From Planctomycetota bacterium (lineage in GTDB: Bacteria; Planctomycetota; SZUA-567; H5-PLA8): a DNA stretch of 64,000 nucleotides. The stretch covers positions 32,001 to 96,000 of the forward strand of contig JBBRPR010000025.1 of the NCBI GenBank assembly GCA_038227875.1. The letters are read 5' to 3'. Numbering within the stretch: position 1 is the stretch's first letter; each line of letters begins with the position of its first letter. Position numbers and translations under genes: made by a program. Below are positions 49,460 through 59,702 of this stretch, one piece after another. The notes beneath the pieces were generated by a model that did no database searches, was not told the origin of the DNA, and worked only from the letters and a program-made list of their open reading frames with translations.

Positions 49460-50737
49460 CTACGCCTTCAGCGCGAACGCCTGCGTGTACGCTTCCGGAT
49501 CGGCCGGATCGAACGTGACGCCATCGAAGAGCGTCTCCTTGCCGCGCGATTCCAGTCCGCCGGCTGGTGCCGCGACTCCCGCGCGCTTGCACGCTTCGGT
49601 GTAAATGTCGTGGCGCATGATCTTCTTCGCTTCGGCCAGGTAGTCGGGCTTGTCGGCGAGCATTCCCCAGCGGCGGTGCTGCGTCATGAACCACGTCGCG
49701 TGGCTCAGGTACGGCACAGTCGTGTCGCGCTCGAAAAAGCGCATGTAATCGGGATCGTCGACGACTGGCGCGCCGGGCGCGTGGACGTACTTGCCCTGCA
49801 GCCGGCCCAGGATCGTCTCCGGCTTGCAGTTGACGTATTCGGTTTTGCCGATGAGCTGCGCGGCTTCCTCGCGGTTTTTCATGTCGTCGAGCCAGCGGCA
49901 GGCTTCGAGCGTCGCGGCGGTCAGCGCGATGCAGGTCTTCGGGTTGGCCAGCGCGAACGATTCCATCACGCCGAGCACTTTTTCGGGATGGTTCTTCCAC
50001 AGCGCCTGCGTCGTGATCGCCGTGCCGCCGATGCCTTCGTCGACCGCTCGAGCACCCCAGGGTTCGCCGACGCAGAAGCCGTCCATGTTGCCGGTCTTCA
50101 TGTTGGCCACCATCTGCGGCGGCGGAATCGTGATCAGCTTCACGTCCTTGTCCGGATGCACGCCGCCCGACGCAAGCCAGTAGCGCATCCACATCGCGTG
50201 CGTCCCGGGCGGAAAGGTCATCGCGAACGTGAACTTCGCCTGCTTTTCGACGATCTGCTTTTTGATCTCCGCGGGCGTCTTCACGCCGGCGTCGAGCATC
50301 GGTTTCTTGATCGTGATTGCCTGGCCGTTGAGGTTCAGGCATTGCAGCACGCACATCGGCACTCTTTTGACCGGCGCGCCGACATCGCCGACGCCGAGCG
50401 AGGAGCCCACGCACATGCCGAGCAGAATGTGCGCGGCATCGATCTCGCCTTTTTGAATCGCATCGCGCGTTGCGCCCCAACTGGCCATCTTTTTGACGCG
50501 GACGTTTAAGCCGTATTTTTTGTAGAGGCCTTTCTCGGAAGCGATGACCAGCGGCGAACAGTCCGTGAGCGGAATGAAGCCGAGCGTCAGGTCGGTCTTC
50601 TCGACAGCGTCGTCGGCCCGGGCCACGCCGCTGAGCGGCTTGATCATCCCGCCAGCCGTCCAGGCTGCGGCCGCAATGCCGGCGAACTTCAGAAATCCGC
50701 GTCGATCCGTGTTCGTGTGTTCGGATTCGTTCTTCAT
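49460..50737 (-). CDS. nrtA: Nitrate ABC transporter substrate-binding protein (NrtA/CmpA family), Tat-exported
   Basis: RRGFLK Tat motif, LGFIPLTDC, TFPPGTH, PPPQMVANM, FCVGEPW, HPEK. Confidence 0.9.
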   Translation of the reverse strand: MKNESEHTNTDRRGFLKFAGIAAAAWTAGGMIKPLSGVARADDAVEKTDLTLGFIPLTDCSPLVIASEKGLYKKYGLNVRVKKMASWGATRDAIQKGEIDAAHILLGMCVGSSLGVGDVGAPVKRVPMCVLQCLNLNGQAITIKKPMLDAGVKTPAEIKKQIVEKQAKFTFAMTFPPGTHAMWMRYWLASGGVHPDKDVKLITIPPPQMVANMKTGNMDGFCVGEPWGARAVDEGIGGTAITTQALWKNHPEKVLGVMESFALANPKTCIALTAATLEACRWLDDMKNREEAAQLIGKTEYVNCKPETILGRLQGKYVHAPGAPVVDDPDYMRFFERDTTVPYLSHATWFMTQHRRWGMLADKPDYLAEAKKIMRHDIYTEACKRAGVAAPAGGLESRGKETLFDGVTFDPADPEAYTQAFALKA

Positions 50738-50773
50738 TTCAGTGCCGGCTCCCAGATTCAGAATTTTGGAAAC

Positions 50774-50843
50774 AAAAAAGGCGCAAGAATGAACGCCGTG
50801 CGTTCGTCCCCGCGCCTTCAACTTGCAGATCGCTTTCATCTGC
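50774..50843 (-). promoter_or_regulatory. 5' leader with intrinsic terminator and two upstream or overlapping hairpins (putative attenuator)
   Basis: mRNA AAGGCGCGGGGA..GAACGC-ACG-GCGUUC..UUCUUGCGCCUUUUUU lies 37 nt before the nrtA start; upstream hairpin GCAGAU-GAAAGCG-AUCUGC. Confidence 0.7.
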
Positions 50844-50905
50844 CCATTAAGGCGGCCCGCTGGATTGACTGCGAGCTGCGCTATGAATTGTCGAGGAGCG
50901 TTGAA

Positions 50906-50921
50906 AGCACGCGTCATGCCA
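50906..50921 (-). promoter_or_regulatory. Sigma54 (-24/-12) promoter of the nitrate operon
   Basis: Minus strand TGGCATGACGCGTGCT (GG-N10-GC); IHF-like ATCAATCAGTTA at 50951-50962. Confidence 0.7.
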
Positions 50922-51108
50922 GATCGACACGTGTGTACCGTCAATGTGCGTAACTGATTGATGGATTGATCTTTGAAATTTTAGAGGAGCTGAGCGCCAA
51001 ACAGAACTAAATGGAAGGGCTGGCCCTTATTGAACGAATAGTTGTGCGATGTTGAGCACAGCGGTTGAAGTTTGTCTTGTCGCAGACGAAGACCCCTGGC
51101 CTTTATCC

Positions 51109-51903
51109 TCAACATTTCGACGGCGTTTGCGTGTTCTGCGCGAGCAGATCCGAAAGCGATTTTCTCAGGTTTGCGAGTTCCTTCGACTTAAAGGAATCCT
51201 TCGTTTTTTCGAGCACATCGATAGTGCCGCGCAGCGCCAACTCGTACTGCGCCAGCCGCGGGCACTTGATCATGCGGCACAGATCGTTGCTGACGTCATT
51301 TTCGATCCGTCCGGTGCGCAGCACATCCATGGTCTGTTTCAGGCTGCTGGCGGAGTTCACGATGTTGTTGAGCGTCATTGCCAGGAACTGTTCCAACGTC
51401 AACGCGTTGGCCTGCGGCGCCGATGACGCGGAGAGCATCGCGCTGCGTTCCAGCGCCTGCAGTCGCTCCACGGAATGCGTCATGTCCTCCTGCGAACGCT
51501 TGATGTCGCGGAGCACTTCGCCCTTCTCCAGCGCGCGTGAGACCCGCTGCAGAAATTCGGTCTCGTCGATCGGTTTGACCAGGTAATCGACCACGGACAT
51601 GCGCAGCGACTGCACGGCCGATTGCACGGTCGGGAATCCGGTTACGACGATCACTGGCAGCCACGCCCGGCCGCTTTGCGTGTCGGCCAGAAATTCCAGG
51701 TCGCTGCTGCCGGGCATGTTGATATCAGTGATCAGCAGGTCGAAGTGCTTATTCTTCAACGCGTCCGCGGCTTCAATGGCGCTGAGCGCCGTGTCGCAGC
51801 GGTAGCCGTGATGGCGCAGCATCGCGGCGGTGGTACGCAGAAATATCTCTTCGTCATCGGCTAACAATATCGTCGCGGTCGGCGACTTTTTTGGCGCAAT
51901 CAT
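51109..51903 (-). CDS. Response regulator with REC domain and unrecognised helical output domain
   Basis: ILLADDE, LITDINMPG, VTG, YLVKP; C-terminal coiled-coil-like region with no HTH or AAA+ motif visible. Confidence 0.85.
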   Translation of the reverse strand: MIAPKKSPTATILLADDEEIFLRTTAAMLRHHGYRCDTALSAIEAADALKNKHFDLLITDINMPGSSDLEFLADTQSGRAWLPVIVVTGFPTVQSAVQSLRMSVVDYLVKPIDETEFLQRVSRALEKGEVLRDIKRSQEDMTHSVERLQALERSAMLSASSAPQANALTLEQFLAMTLNNIVNSASSLKQTMDVLRTGRIENDVSNDLCRMIKCPRLAQYELALRGTIDVLEKTKDSFKSKELANLRKSLSDLLAQNTQTPSKC

Positions 51904-52023
51904 TTCTTTTCCACCCCGTACCCACGTGCAGGAGTCGGTTGAACACAAGCAACGTACCAAACGCCCCACGAATAATTCCGTATGGGAAATGGCTGAACCG
52001 TGTGCGGCGTTTTGACGCGCTGG

Positions 52024-54330
52024 CTAAATTTGCGCAGAGTGGTGCGAGTTGTGCTCGCGTTTCAACACTTCATTCAGCGCGCGAAGTTGCGTGTCCGCAT
52101 CCGCCAGATCGCGGCGGAACGTGACAAAAATCGCGCGCGCCAGCTCCAAATTTCCAGCTCGGCAAGCGCTTTCCAGTTTTGACACGCCGTCCAGGGCACG
52201 CACCGCGCCGAGCGCCCCGGCGGCGCTTTTGATTGCATGCGCCAGTTGCGCGGCCTCGTTTAATTCGCCAACGTCAAGATGTTTTGCGATTCCGCTGACG
52301 CGTTCGGTGTTGCTTGTTTCAAAAATCCGCAGCAGTTCGTCGGGAAGATTGGGATCTTCCGGCGTCTGCAGTTGCCACAGTCGACGCAGCAAGCTCGCGT
52401 CAATTACCCGTTCGCTTGAGTTCGATGGAGCCGGCGCGGATTCGCTCAAATCAGGCGTTGGCGCGATCTCAATCCACGGCAGCAGCGCCGCACGGAGTTC
52501 CTCGATCTGCACCGGCTTGGCCAGATGCGCGTCCATGCCCGCAGCCAGACATTTTGCGCGCTCTTCGGATGAATTGTGTGCCGTCAGCGCGAGGATCGGA
52601 ATTCGCTTCCCCGCGCCTTCGTTTTCGCGAATGCGGCGGGCCGTCGCGTAGCCATCGAGCACTGGCATTTGGCAGTCGAGCAGGATCAGATCGAAGCGCT
52701 CGCGCTCGAGGCGCTCCAGCGCTTCCAGCCCATGACAGGCCAGTTCGCACGGAATGCCCAGATGCTTCAACTGCAGCGCGATGACGCGCCGGTTGACTTC
52801 GACGTCCTCCACGACCAGCACGCGGACGTGAGCCGCCCCGACCGCGGCCTTGCGCAGCGCCACGGCGATCGTTGGCTCATTCTCTGCGGCGATTTGGAAC
52901 TGCGCGGTAAACCAGAATTCCGAACCCTTGCCCAGTTCGCTCTCAACGCCGATGTCCCCGCCGAGCAGTTTCGCCAGTTCGCGGCAAATCGTTAGTCCCA
53001 GCCCGAATCCCGTGTGCTCGCGCGTCGGCGAATCGTCGGCCTGCGTGAACGGTTCGAAAATGCGCGCGCGATCCTGCGGCGCGATGCCCGGCCCGGTATC
53101 GCGCACACCGACGCGCAGCGTCACGCCGCGGTCCGTGCGCACCTGCACCGTCGCGCTGACGGTAATCTCGCCGCGCTCGGTGAATTTGATCGCGTTCCCC
53201 AGCAGATTCAGCGTGATCTGCCGCAGGCGGCGGGCGTCGCCGCGCAGGCGGGGCAGCAGATCGGCACTCAAATTCAGCTTCAGCGGCAGCGACTTCTGCT
53301 TCGCCGCAAACGACTGAATCTCCACCGCTTCGCGAAGCACCACGGCCGGATCGAATCTCTCCACGGCCAGCGACGCCTTTCCGGAGCTGAGCTGCGAATA
53401 GTCCAGCACGTCGTTGACCAGCGCATGCAACGTGTCGGCGCTGAGTTGCATCGTCTGAGCGAATTCCTGCTGCTCTTTCGTCAGGCGCGTGGTGAGCAGC
53501 AGTCCGCTCAAGCCTACGATCGCGTTCAACGGCGTGCGGATTTCATGGCTGACGTTGGCCACGAAGGCCGACTTCGCGCGCGTCGCGGCTTGCGCGTCCT
53601 CCAGCGCCTTTTCCAGCGCTGCGTTCTTGGTTGCGAGTTGCTCTTCGGCCGAAATCATGCGGGCAAACGACGAATGAATCTTGGCCACCGCAGGGCGGAA
53701 AACGAAGAGAGCTTCCAGCGCCAGCACCACCAGCAGCACGGCGAACAGGGCGAGTTCAAAGAGCTTCAACTTGGCCACGCGTGCGCGGGCGTCTTCGTCG
53801 TAGCGAAAGACGATATGGTCCATCGTGGAAAGAAACGCGCCTTCGTGAGCAAGGACCGTTTTCAGCGCGTCCTGCGGCAGCGCCGCGCCCAGCGCGTGGG
53901 CCTGCAAAATTGCTCGCGCGGCGCTGAGCATCGCCTCGAAATGCGGCGCCGCCTCGCCGTACATGCGCTGAATCTCGGCGGAATTCTCACCGGGAAGTTC
54001 CAGCTCCGCATCGCCCTTCTGCAACCCGCGGTTCGATCGTTCCCAGAGCTCCGCGACGGCTTTCAATTCGTCGAATCGCTGCGCGTCGTCGGGATCGGCC
54101 GTCAGCGCCAGCACGCATTTGCTCAAGCGCTGGCTGAGCATGCGCTGCCGTCCGGCGAGATTGACCACGCGCGCATCGCGCGATTGGGTGAGCAGCGCGC
54201 GCTGAATCAAAAACTGTCCGGCCAGCGAGAGCGCCGCAACCAGGCTCAATGCCACGATGTACCGGACGCGCAGTGAGTTGGATGCGATGCGCCGCGATAC
54301 ATTCAGGCGCGCTGAAGAGTCCATGTCCAT
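52024..54330 (-). CDS. Hybrid histidine kinase with NarX/PilJ-type nitrate-sensing domain (HisKA, HATPase, REC, Hpt)
   Basis: TM followed by [13 protein letters not shown] (P-box-like) and a second [29 protein letters not shown] Hpt. Confidence 0.88.
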   Translation of the reverse strand: MDMDSSARLNVSRRIASNSLRVRYIVALSLVAALSLAGQFLIQRALLTQSRDARVVNLAGRQRMLSQRLSKCVLALTADPDDAQRFDELKAVAELWERSNRGLQKGDAELELPGENSAEIQRMYGEAAPHFEAMLSAARAILQAHALGAALPQDALKTVLAHEGAFLSTMDHIVFRYDEDARARVAKLKLFELALFAVLLVVLALEALFVFRPAVAKIHSSFARMISAEEQLATKNAALEKALEDAQAATRAKSAFVANVSHEIRTPLNAIVGLSGLLLTTRLTKEQQEFAQTMQLSADTLHALVNDVLDYSQLSSGKASLAVERFDPAVVLREAVEIQSFAAKQKSLPLKLNLSADLLPRLRGDARRLRQITLNLLGNAIKFTERGEITVSATVQVRTDRGVTLRVGVRDTGPGIAPQDRARIFEPFTQADDSPTREHTGFGLGLTICRELAKLLGGDIGVESELGKGSEFWFTAQFQIAAENEPTIAVALRKAAVGAAHVRVLVVEDVEVNRRVIALQLKHLGIPCELACHGLEALERLERERFDLILLDCQMPVLDGYATARRIRENEGAGKRIPILALTAHNSSEERAKCLAAGMDAHLAKPVQIEELRAALLPWIEIAPTPDLSESAPAPSNSSERVIDASLLRRLWQLQTPEDPNLPDELLRIFETSNTERVSGIAKHLDVGELNEAAQLAHAIKSAAGALGAVRALDGVSKLESACRAGNLELARAIFVTFRRDLADADTQLRALNEVLKREHNSHHSAQI

Positions 54331-54411
54331 CCCGGATCGTTCGTCCAAACGTAAGATGTTTCTTCCGATGCTAACAAAACGGTAAAGCCCAGGCGCAACC
54401 TTCGGGCCAAA

Positions 54412-54474
54412 TGCAGGCGGGACGCCCGCACCACAATTCATGGATCGCGATGCGCAACAGGCGTCCCGCTTGCA
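54412..54474. repeat. REP-like inverted pair
   Basis: TGCAGGCGGGACGCCCGCACCAC (reverse complement GTGGTGCGGGCGTCCCGCCTGCA) and GGCGTCCCGCTTGCA. Confidence 0.6.
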
Positions 54475-54552
54475 AACCCTTGCACGCTCCCACGTCTTGC
54501 CGTCCACCCTTAATGGGTTATCCTCACGACCGAACATCAGCGAAAGGCATGC

Positions 54553-56040
54553 ATGCTCGATCCCGCTCCGGACGTTCCGGAAATTCAGAAGACAGAATTC
54601 GAATCGTCCGCATCCGTTCCCCGCGAGTCCCAGCGCCTGGACCACATGGACCAGCTGGGTGATTCGTATTACGCGATCCTGCTGCTCACCGGACCGCTGG
54701 TCCTCTCGTCGACCGGCCTGATGCTGATGCATATTTTCGACGCCGTGCTGCTCTCGCGGTATTCGAAGCAGGCGATAGCGGTGGTCGGCTCGGCGAGCAT
54801 GGCGGCGTTCGTGTTGATCAGCTTTTTCATCGGCATCACCGCGTACACGGCCACGTTCGTGGCGCAATACATGGGCGCGCGGCGGCCGGAGCGCGTCGGC
54901 CCGGCGGTGTGGCAGGGAATTTATGTCGCGCTGGCCGCGGGCGTGTTCACGTCCCTCGTCGGAACGCTGATCGCGCCGCCGCTCTTTCACTGGGTCAATC
55001 ACGGCCCGGCGCTGGAACTGCTTGAACAGCGCTACTTCCGGATCATGTGCTACGGCGCGACGTTCAGTCTGCTCGGCGCGGCGCTCTCGGGATTTTTCTC
55101 CGGGCGCGGCGACAACCGTACCTTAATGATCGTCCAGTTGAGTGGCTTCGTGATCAACGCCGGCTTGAGCTACTGCGCCATCTTCGGCCGCTTGGGCCTG
55201 CCGGAACTCGGCGCGCTCGGCGCCGCCACTGCGACGGCCTGCGCGCAGGGTTGCGTCACGCTGATGCTCTCCGTGATTTTCCTGAGCCCCCGCCACCGCG
55301 CGAACTACCAGACGTGGACCTCGCGCGCGTTCGATTGGGCGCTGCTCAAACGCATGACCTATTTCGGTGCGTTCAACGGCATGCGCGCTGTAACCGAGCT
55401 TCTCGCGTGGACGCTCTTTCTCTGCTTCGTCGGACGGCTGGGTGAAGACGTGATGGCGATCACCAACATCGTCTGGCGACTCAACGGCATCGCGTTCTTT
55501 CCGCTGATCGGTTTGTCGACGGCGATCGCCACGCTGGTTGGACACGCGCAAGGCCGTCAGGATTCCCGCCGCGCCGAAATCATCACCTGGCGCGGCGTGA
55601 TCATGGCCGAAGGCTGGATGTTATTTGCCGCGTCGCTGTTCGTACTCTTTCCGCGCCCGCTGTTGAATCTGATCATGGGCGGCGAAGGCGCGTCGGAGCT
55701 GGCTCCGATGATCGAGACCGGCACGAGTCTGCTCCGCTTCGTGGCGCTCTATTGTCTGCTCGACGGACTGAACATTGTTTTCATGGGCGCGCTGCAAGGC
55801 GCCGGCGACACGCGCTGGACGCTGATCGCCTCGTTCATTCTCCACGTCATATTTCTGACGGCGCTGTTCGTCATCGACGCGTACTACCAGAACCTCTTGA
55901 TCTTCTGGACCGCCGCGACCTCGTTCGTGATGCTCCAAGCCGGCGTCTGGGTCCTGCGCTTCAAATCTGGGAAATGGAAATCGATGCGCGTCATTGAAGG
56001 CGATGGCGACGGTGAAACCGCACTGCCCTTTGCCCATTAG
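54553..56040 (+). CDS. MATE family efflux transporter
   Basis: About 12 [34 protein letters not shown]. Confidence 0.92.
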   Translation: MLDPAPDVPEIQKTEFESSASVPRESQRLDHMDQLGDSYYAILLLTGPLVLSSTGLMLMHIFDAVLLSRYSKQAIAVVGSASMAAFVLISFFIGITAYTATFVAQYMGARRPERVGPAVWQGIYVALAAGVFTSLVGTLIAPPLFHWVNHGPALELLEQRYFRIMCYGATFSLLGAALSGFFSGRGDNRTLMIVQLSGFVINAGLSYCAIFGRLGLPELGALGAATATACAQGCVTLMLSVIFLSPRHRANYQTWTSRAFDWALLKRMTYFGAFNGMRAVTELLAWTLFLCFVGRLGEDVMAITNIVWRLNGIAFFPLIGLSTAIATLVGHAQGRQDSRRAEIITWRGVIMAEGWMLFAASLFVLFPRPLLNLIMGGEGASELAPMIETGTSLLRFVALYCLLDGLNIVFMGALQGAGDTRWTLIASFILHVIFLTALFVIDAYYQNLLIFWTAATSFVMLQAGVWVLRFKSGKWKSMRVIEGDGDGETALPFAH

Positions 56041-56266
56041 CGGCACTGGAACGGATAAGCCTAGACACCTGCGATGCTTGCCCGAATGTCGCAAATTTGA
56101 ATACGCTCAGATCCATAACGATTTCCTATCGCTCCTATCGACCAAAGGAAATGCGCCTAGTGGACTTTAAAAAATTCTGTCGAAAAGGCGTTGTGCCTAT
56201 TGACTGCTGGTTCCAAATGGGGTTTAGAGAGGAGGGATTTAGTTAACCTTATTTGGAGACCGATCC

Positions 56267-56677
56267 ATGCTCTACCCGACGACGCTGCCGAACCTGGACC
56301 TGTTGTGGACCGATAAGCGCCCCGATGTGATGGAAGCAAAGCTCCGCACATTGCTGGAGCCAGCGAAGTTCGCGGGGATTCAGACCTACTACCTGCAGCT
56401 CCTGACGCAGATCGCCCGCGCGCAAGCGCTGCAAGGCAAGATCGATGAAGCCAGCGCGACGCTCGATGCCGTCGAAGCCGACCTCACCGACGGCGTGACC
56501 GGCGCGCAGATCCGCTACCTGCTCGAACGCGGGCGCATCCAGTTGCTCCAGAATCACAAGGAGCCGGCGGACAAATTGTTCCACAAAGCCTGGCGCCTGG
56601 CGGAAGCCTCGCACCACCGCAACTACGCCACCGAAGCGCTGAAACTCTTCTCGCCCGAACAGCGCCGCGCGAGCTGA
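56267..56677 (+). CDS. Small TPR-like helical hypothetical protein
   Basis: GGAG RBS; LLTQIARAQALQGKIDEA..TLD, RYLLERGR. Confidence 0.65.
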   Translation: MLYPTTLPNLDLLWTDKRPDVMEAKLRTLLEPAKFAGIQTYYLQLLTQIARAQALQGKIDEASATLDAVEADLTDGVTGAQIRYLLERGRIQLLQNHKEPADKLFHKAWRLAEASHHRNYATEALKLFSPEQRRAS

Positions 56678-56678
56678 A

Positions 56679-58091
56679 TTATTTATTGACGGCGCGGAGC
56701 ACGTTCTTGGCTTCGCGCAGGCCCGACAGAAATGCGCCGTGGACCGTGTCGGGATACTTGTCGTTCGTGGCCTCGCCGGCGAAGAAGACCTTGTTGTCGA
56801 CGGGCTGGGCGAGGCTGCGGTAGTCGTCGAAGGTCGCGCCGACCGGCAAATACGAATACGACCCCAGCGCGAAGGGGTCGCTGGCCCACCGCGTCACCGC
56901 CGAGCTGGTCGGATTGGGAATCGACGATCCGAGCATCTTGCGCAGCACGTCCATCATCGCCGCGACCGAATCAGCGTCCGACTTCGTCTCCAGCGTCCGC
57001 GCAAAAGTTCCCGTGTTGAGAGCCGTCAAGATCGGATCCTGCGTGTACGCGTTCATGCACAGCAGTTCCGGAAATTCGTTGGCGTTGGTCGAGATGTACT
57101 CCAGAAATTCCCGCTGCGCCGGCCAGAAAACGCACGGAAACTTCAGCGAAAGTTTGTTGAGCAGGCCCATGCCCATGCGCTGAATCGCGCGCAGTTTCTC
57201 CGCTGGCAGCACCGGATCGAATGCCACGGTGCCGGCCTTCAGCACGCCCAGCGGCAGCGTCACGATCACGGCATCGGCGGTGAACGTGGCCTGGTTGGTG
57301 GTGACGGTCACGCCGGAACCCGTGTACGCGATCTTCTGGACAATCTGGTTGAGCTGAAACGTCAAACCCTGCGACAATCCCTGCACGATCTGGTCGTACC
57401 CGCCGGGAAAAACCGCGTCGTTGCCTTTGAATTCGCCGTCCTCGTTCAACTGCAGCAGCGAGAGGTCAGTCAAGTCCGCGCCCGCGTCTCCGCTGATCGA
57501 CGCCGATTCATCCCAGACCTGCGCGTTCAGATCCGTGGGCGACAGTGCCGCGTCCTGCAACGCCTGCTGAAATCCGGCGCCGACGGAAATATCCGTATCG
57601 AGATCGTGTTGTATCGCCGTCACTTTCTTGAAGATGCCATCGTATCGGTTTTCGATGCTTGTGACTTCGTCGGCACTGTAGAGCTTTCCGGCGGAATCGT
57701 ACAGCGAGTAGTTCGAGTAGGTGGTCGGCAGCGTTTTGACTTTGTATTTCTTCGCCAGCGCGCTGATTGGATTGCCCTTCACGCCGTGGATCCACGACGC
57801 GCCCATGTCCAGCGGCGAACCCAGCGAGCGATCGGTCCAGATCCGTCCGCCGACGCGGTTGCGCCCTTCCAAGATGGTGACATTGACTTTCCGGGACTTT
57901 AAGAAGGTGGCCGCGGCGATCCCGGCCATGCCCGCGCCGATCACCAGCACCGACGATCCGGCGGCCGCGCGGCCGTCCGCTTCGTCGCCGCCAAACGCGC
58001 GCCGCCCCAGCAGCGCCAGCGCCATCCACGCGCTACCTTTTAAGAAATTGCGACGTGAGAGTGAATTCGAGTGATCGGCGGATTCAGTCAT
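56679..58091 (-). CDS. Tat-exported flavin monoamine/polyamine oxidase family protein
   Basis: SRRNFLK Tat motif, GAGMAG, RVGGR, DMGASWIHG, RWASDP...GSYS, FAGEAT...TVHGA. Confidence 0.92.
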   Translation of the reverse strand: MTESADHSNSLSRRNFLKGSAWMALALLGRRAFGGDEADGRAAAGSSVLVIGAGMAGIAAATFLKSRKVNVTILEGRNRVGGRIWTDRSLGSPLDMGASWIHGVKGNPISALAKKYKVKTLPTTYSNYSLYDSAGKLYSADEVTSIENRYDGIFKKVTAIQHDLDTDISVGAGFQQALQDAALSPTDLNAQVWDESASISGDAGADLTDLSLLQLNEDGEFKGNDAVFPGGYDQIVQGLSQGLTFQLNQIVQKIAYTGSGVTVTTNQATFTADAVIVTLPLGVLKAGTVAFDPVLPAEKLRAIQRMGMGLLNKLSLKFPCVFWPAQREFLEYISTNANEFPELLCMNAYTQDPILTALNTGTFARTLETKSDADSVAAMMDVLRKMLGSSIPNPTSSAVTRWASDPFALGSYSYLPVGATFDDYRSLAQPVDNKVFFAGEATNDKYPDTVHGAFLSGLREAKNVLRAVNK

Positions 58092-58205
58092 AAGCGCTCC
58101 GGTTTGGGATCCAAAGTTACTCTACATTGGATTCCTGACGGAGCGCATTTATTTCAGCTTTGTGACAATAGTAACAAAGCGAATTTCACGAGTCGGAAAG
58201 AACTG

Positions 58206-58237
58206 CGCCCCTTCACGTGCATTGCACGGAAGGGGCG
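58206..58237 (-). terminator. Hairpin downstream of the VWA gene
   Basis: CGCCCCTTC(A)CGTGC-ATT-GCACGGAAGGGGCG. Confidence 0.55.
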
Positions 58238-58261
58238 TGAACTTCACGGACCTTGTTTGTT

Positions 58262-59419
58262 TTAGAACGAGGTCTCGCACTTGATGCCGAGCTTCTCGCC
58301 TTGCTTGTTGATCGTATCGGTCACGTTCTTCTCCAGCGTCGACTTGCCTTTGCCTTCCTGTTTCTTTGCTTCTTCGGCCAGGAACTGCTGGCGCTTGGCG
58401 TTCACTTCCACGATCTCTTTTTGAATGGCTTCGCGCTTGGCTTTCTTCTCTTCGACATACTTGGCGCGGTCTTCCGGATCGAGTTTCTGCATCTCGGCGG
58501 GGAGTTCCTCGGCCTTCAGCGCATCGAGTTTCACGCCGTTGGCGGACACGTCTTTGACGAGTTCCTTGGTGCCCGCGAAATTCTGTTCGCCGGCCGCGCT
58601 GCCCTGGAATGCCGCGCGTGACGCTTGCGCGGACGCCGGCGCACTCTTGTAAATGACCTTGGCCCCGTCCTCGCGCATTGCCTGCGCCTTCTTTTCGTCG
58701 GCGCTGCCGTAGCTGATGCGGGTGCCGTCGAGATCCTGCGCCAGCGCAGCGAGCTTCGCGTCATACGGCGTGCTGACCATCACGGCGCTGCCTTCCTGTT
58801 CGACCTGGAAGAAGTGGCCTTCGGCCTTCGCGGCGATGTCTTTCCAGACCGTCTGCGTCGAAACGGCACTGCCGCACTGGATCGTGTTGATGATGATCCC
58901 GGCGGTCGCGGCGAGCTTGCAGGTTTCCGGATACTTCACGTCGTCGGCGTAGTCCATGTGCGGGGGCGCGTCGCCGACCAGGAAGATCACGCGGTACACT
59001 TTGGAATCCTTCGACCACGCAATCCTGGTGATCGCGTCGTTCAAGGCCTGATTGACGCTCTCCGGTTCATCGCCGCCACCCGCGGCCTGAAAGCCCATCA
59101 GCTCGCGGTAGACGGCGTCCAGATCGCGGCTCAAGTCGGTGACTTTCGTGATGTACGCATCGCCGCGGTCGCGGTAGCCGACCAGGCCCATCTTGATATC
59201 CGGCGACGGCTTGGCCGTGGCCAGCGTGTTGGCGATCGACCAGATCTTGGTCTTCGCCGCCTGGATCAGGCCGCCCATGCTCCCGGTCGTGTCGAGCACG
59301 AAGACGACTTCGACGCGCGGCTTCTCCGGCTTTACGTCAACGGCCGCCACGCGCTGTTCTTCGGCGCGCAGTGCGAAAGTGCAGAGCAATAGTAGTGCGA
59401 AAAGTGGAATCAGGCGCAT
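58262..59419 (-). CDS. Secreted von Willebrand factor A domain protein
   Basis: AAGGAG RBS, signal peptide, MIDAS DTTGSM, GGGDEPE, VGDAPPH; coiled-coil C-terminus. Confidence 0.88.
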   Translation of the reverse strand: MRLIPLFALLLLCTFALRAEEQRVAAVDVKPEKPRVEVVFVLDTTGSMGGLIQAAKTKIWSIANTLATAKPSPDIKMGLVGYRDRGDAYITKVTDLSRDLDAVYRELMGFQAAGGGDEPESVNQALNDAITRIAWSKDSKVYRVIFLVGDAPPHMDYADDVKYPETCKLAATAGIIINTIQCGSAVSTQTVWKDIAAKAEGHFFQVEQEGSAVMVSTPYDAKLAALAQDLDGTRISYGSADEKKAQAMREDGAKVIYKSAPASAQASRAAFQGSAAGEQNFAGTKELVKDVSANGVKLDALKAEELPAEMQKLDPEDRAKYVEEKKAKREAIQKEIVEVNAKRQQFLAEEAKKQEGKGKSTLEKNVTDTINKQGEKLGIKCETSF

Positions 59420-59563
59420 GGGCATCTCCTTGAAATATGAAAGGTGAATCCGTTCCGTCCTGAAATTTGGACTGCGGCGCGGTCGGGAGGTTCCGGGAAT
59501 TCCGCTGCTTAAAGTGATATCACGCAAAATAGGGCGGGGTGTAACGCACGTGTAACAACAATC

Positions 59564-59677
59564 GTGGTCCGGGCGTCTCGCCCGGTCAGCGTCGGACGCG
59601 ATCTTTTTGCAATAGACGCATTGTCGGGAGAAGAATTCGATTGTTCCAAGACGGACCGGGCGGGACGCCCGGACTAC
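59564..59677. repeat. REP doublet (REPIN-like)
   Basis: GTGGTCCGGGCGTCTCGCCCGGTC and an inverted copy reading GTAGTCCGGGCGTCCCGCCCGGTC on the minus strand, 66-bp spacer. Confidence 0.75.
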
Positions 59678-59702
59678 AGTTACTACGGGCGAGCCGCCCG
59701 TT

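Noticed and set aside
50935..50949. NtrC-like site GCAC-N7-GTAC
   Set aside because: Imperfect and only about 14 bp from the -24 element, too close for a typical enhancer
54331..55002. N-terminal extension of the nitrate-sensing kinase
   Set aside because: Runs through a REP element and antisense into the MATE gene
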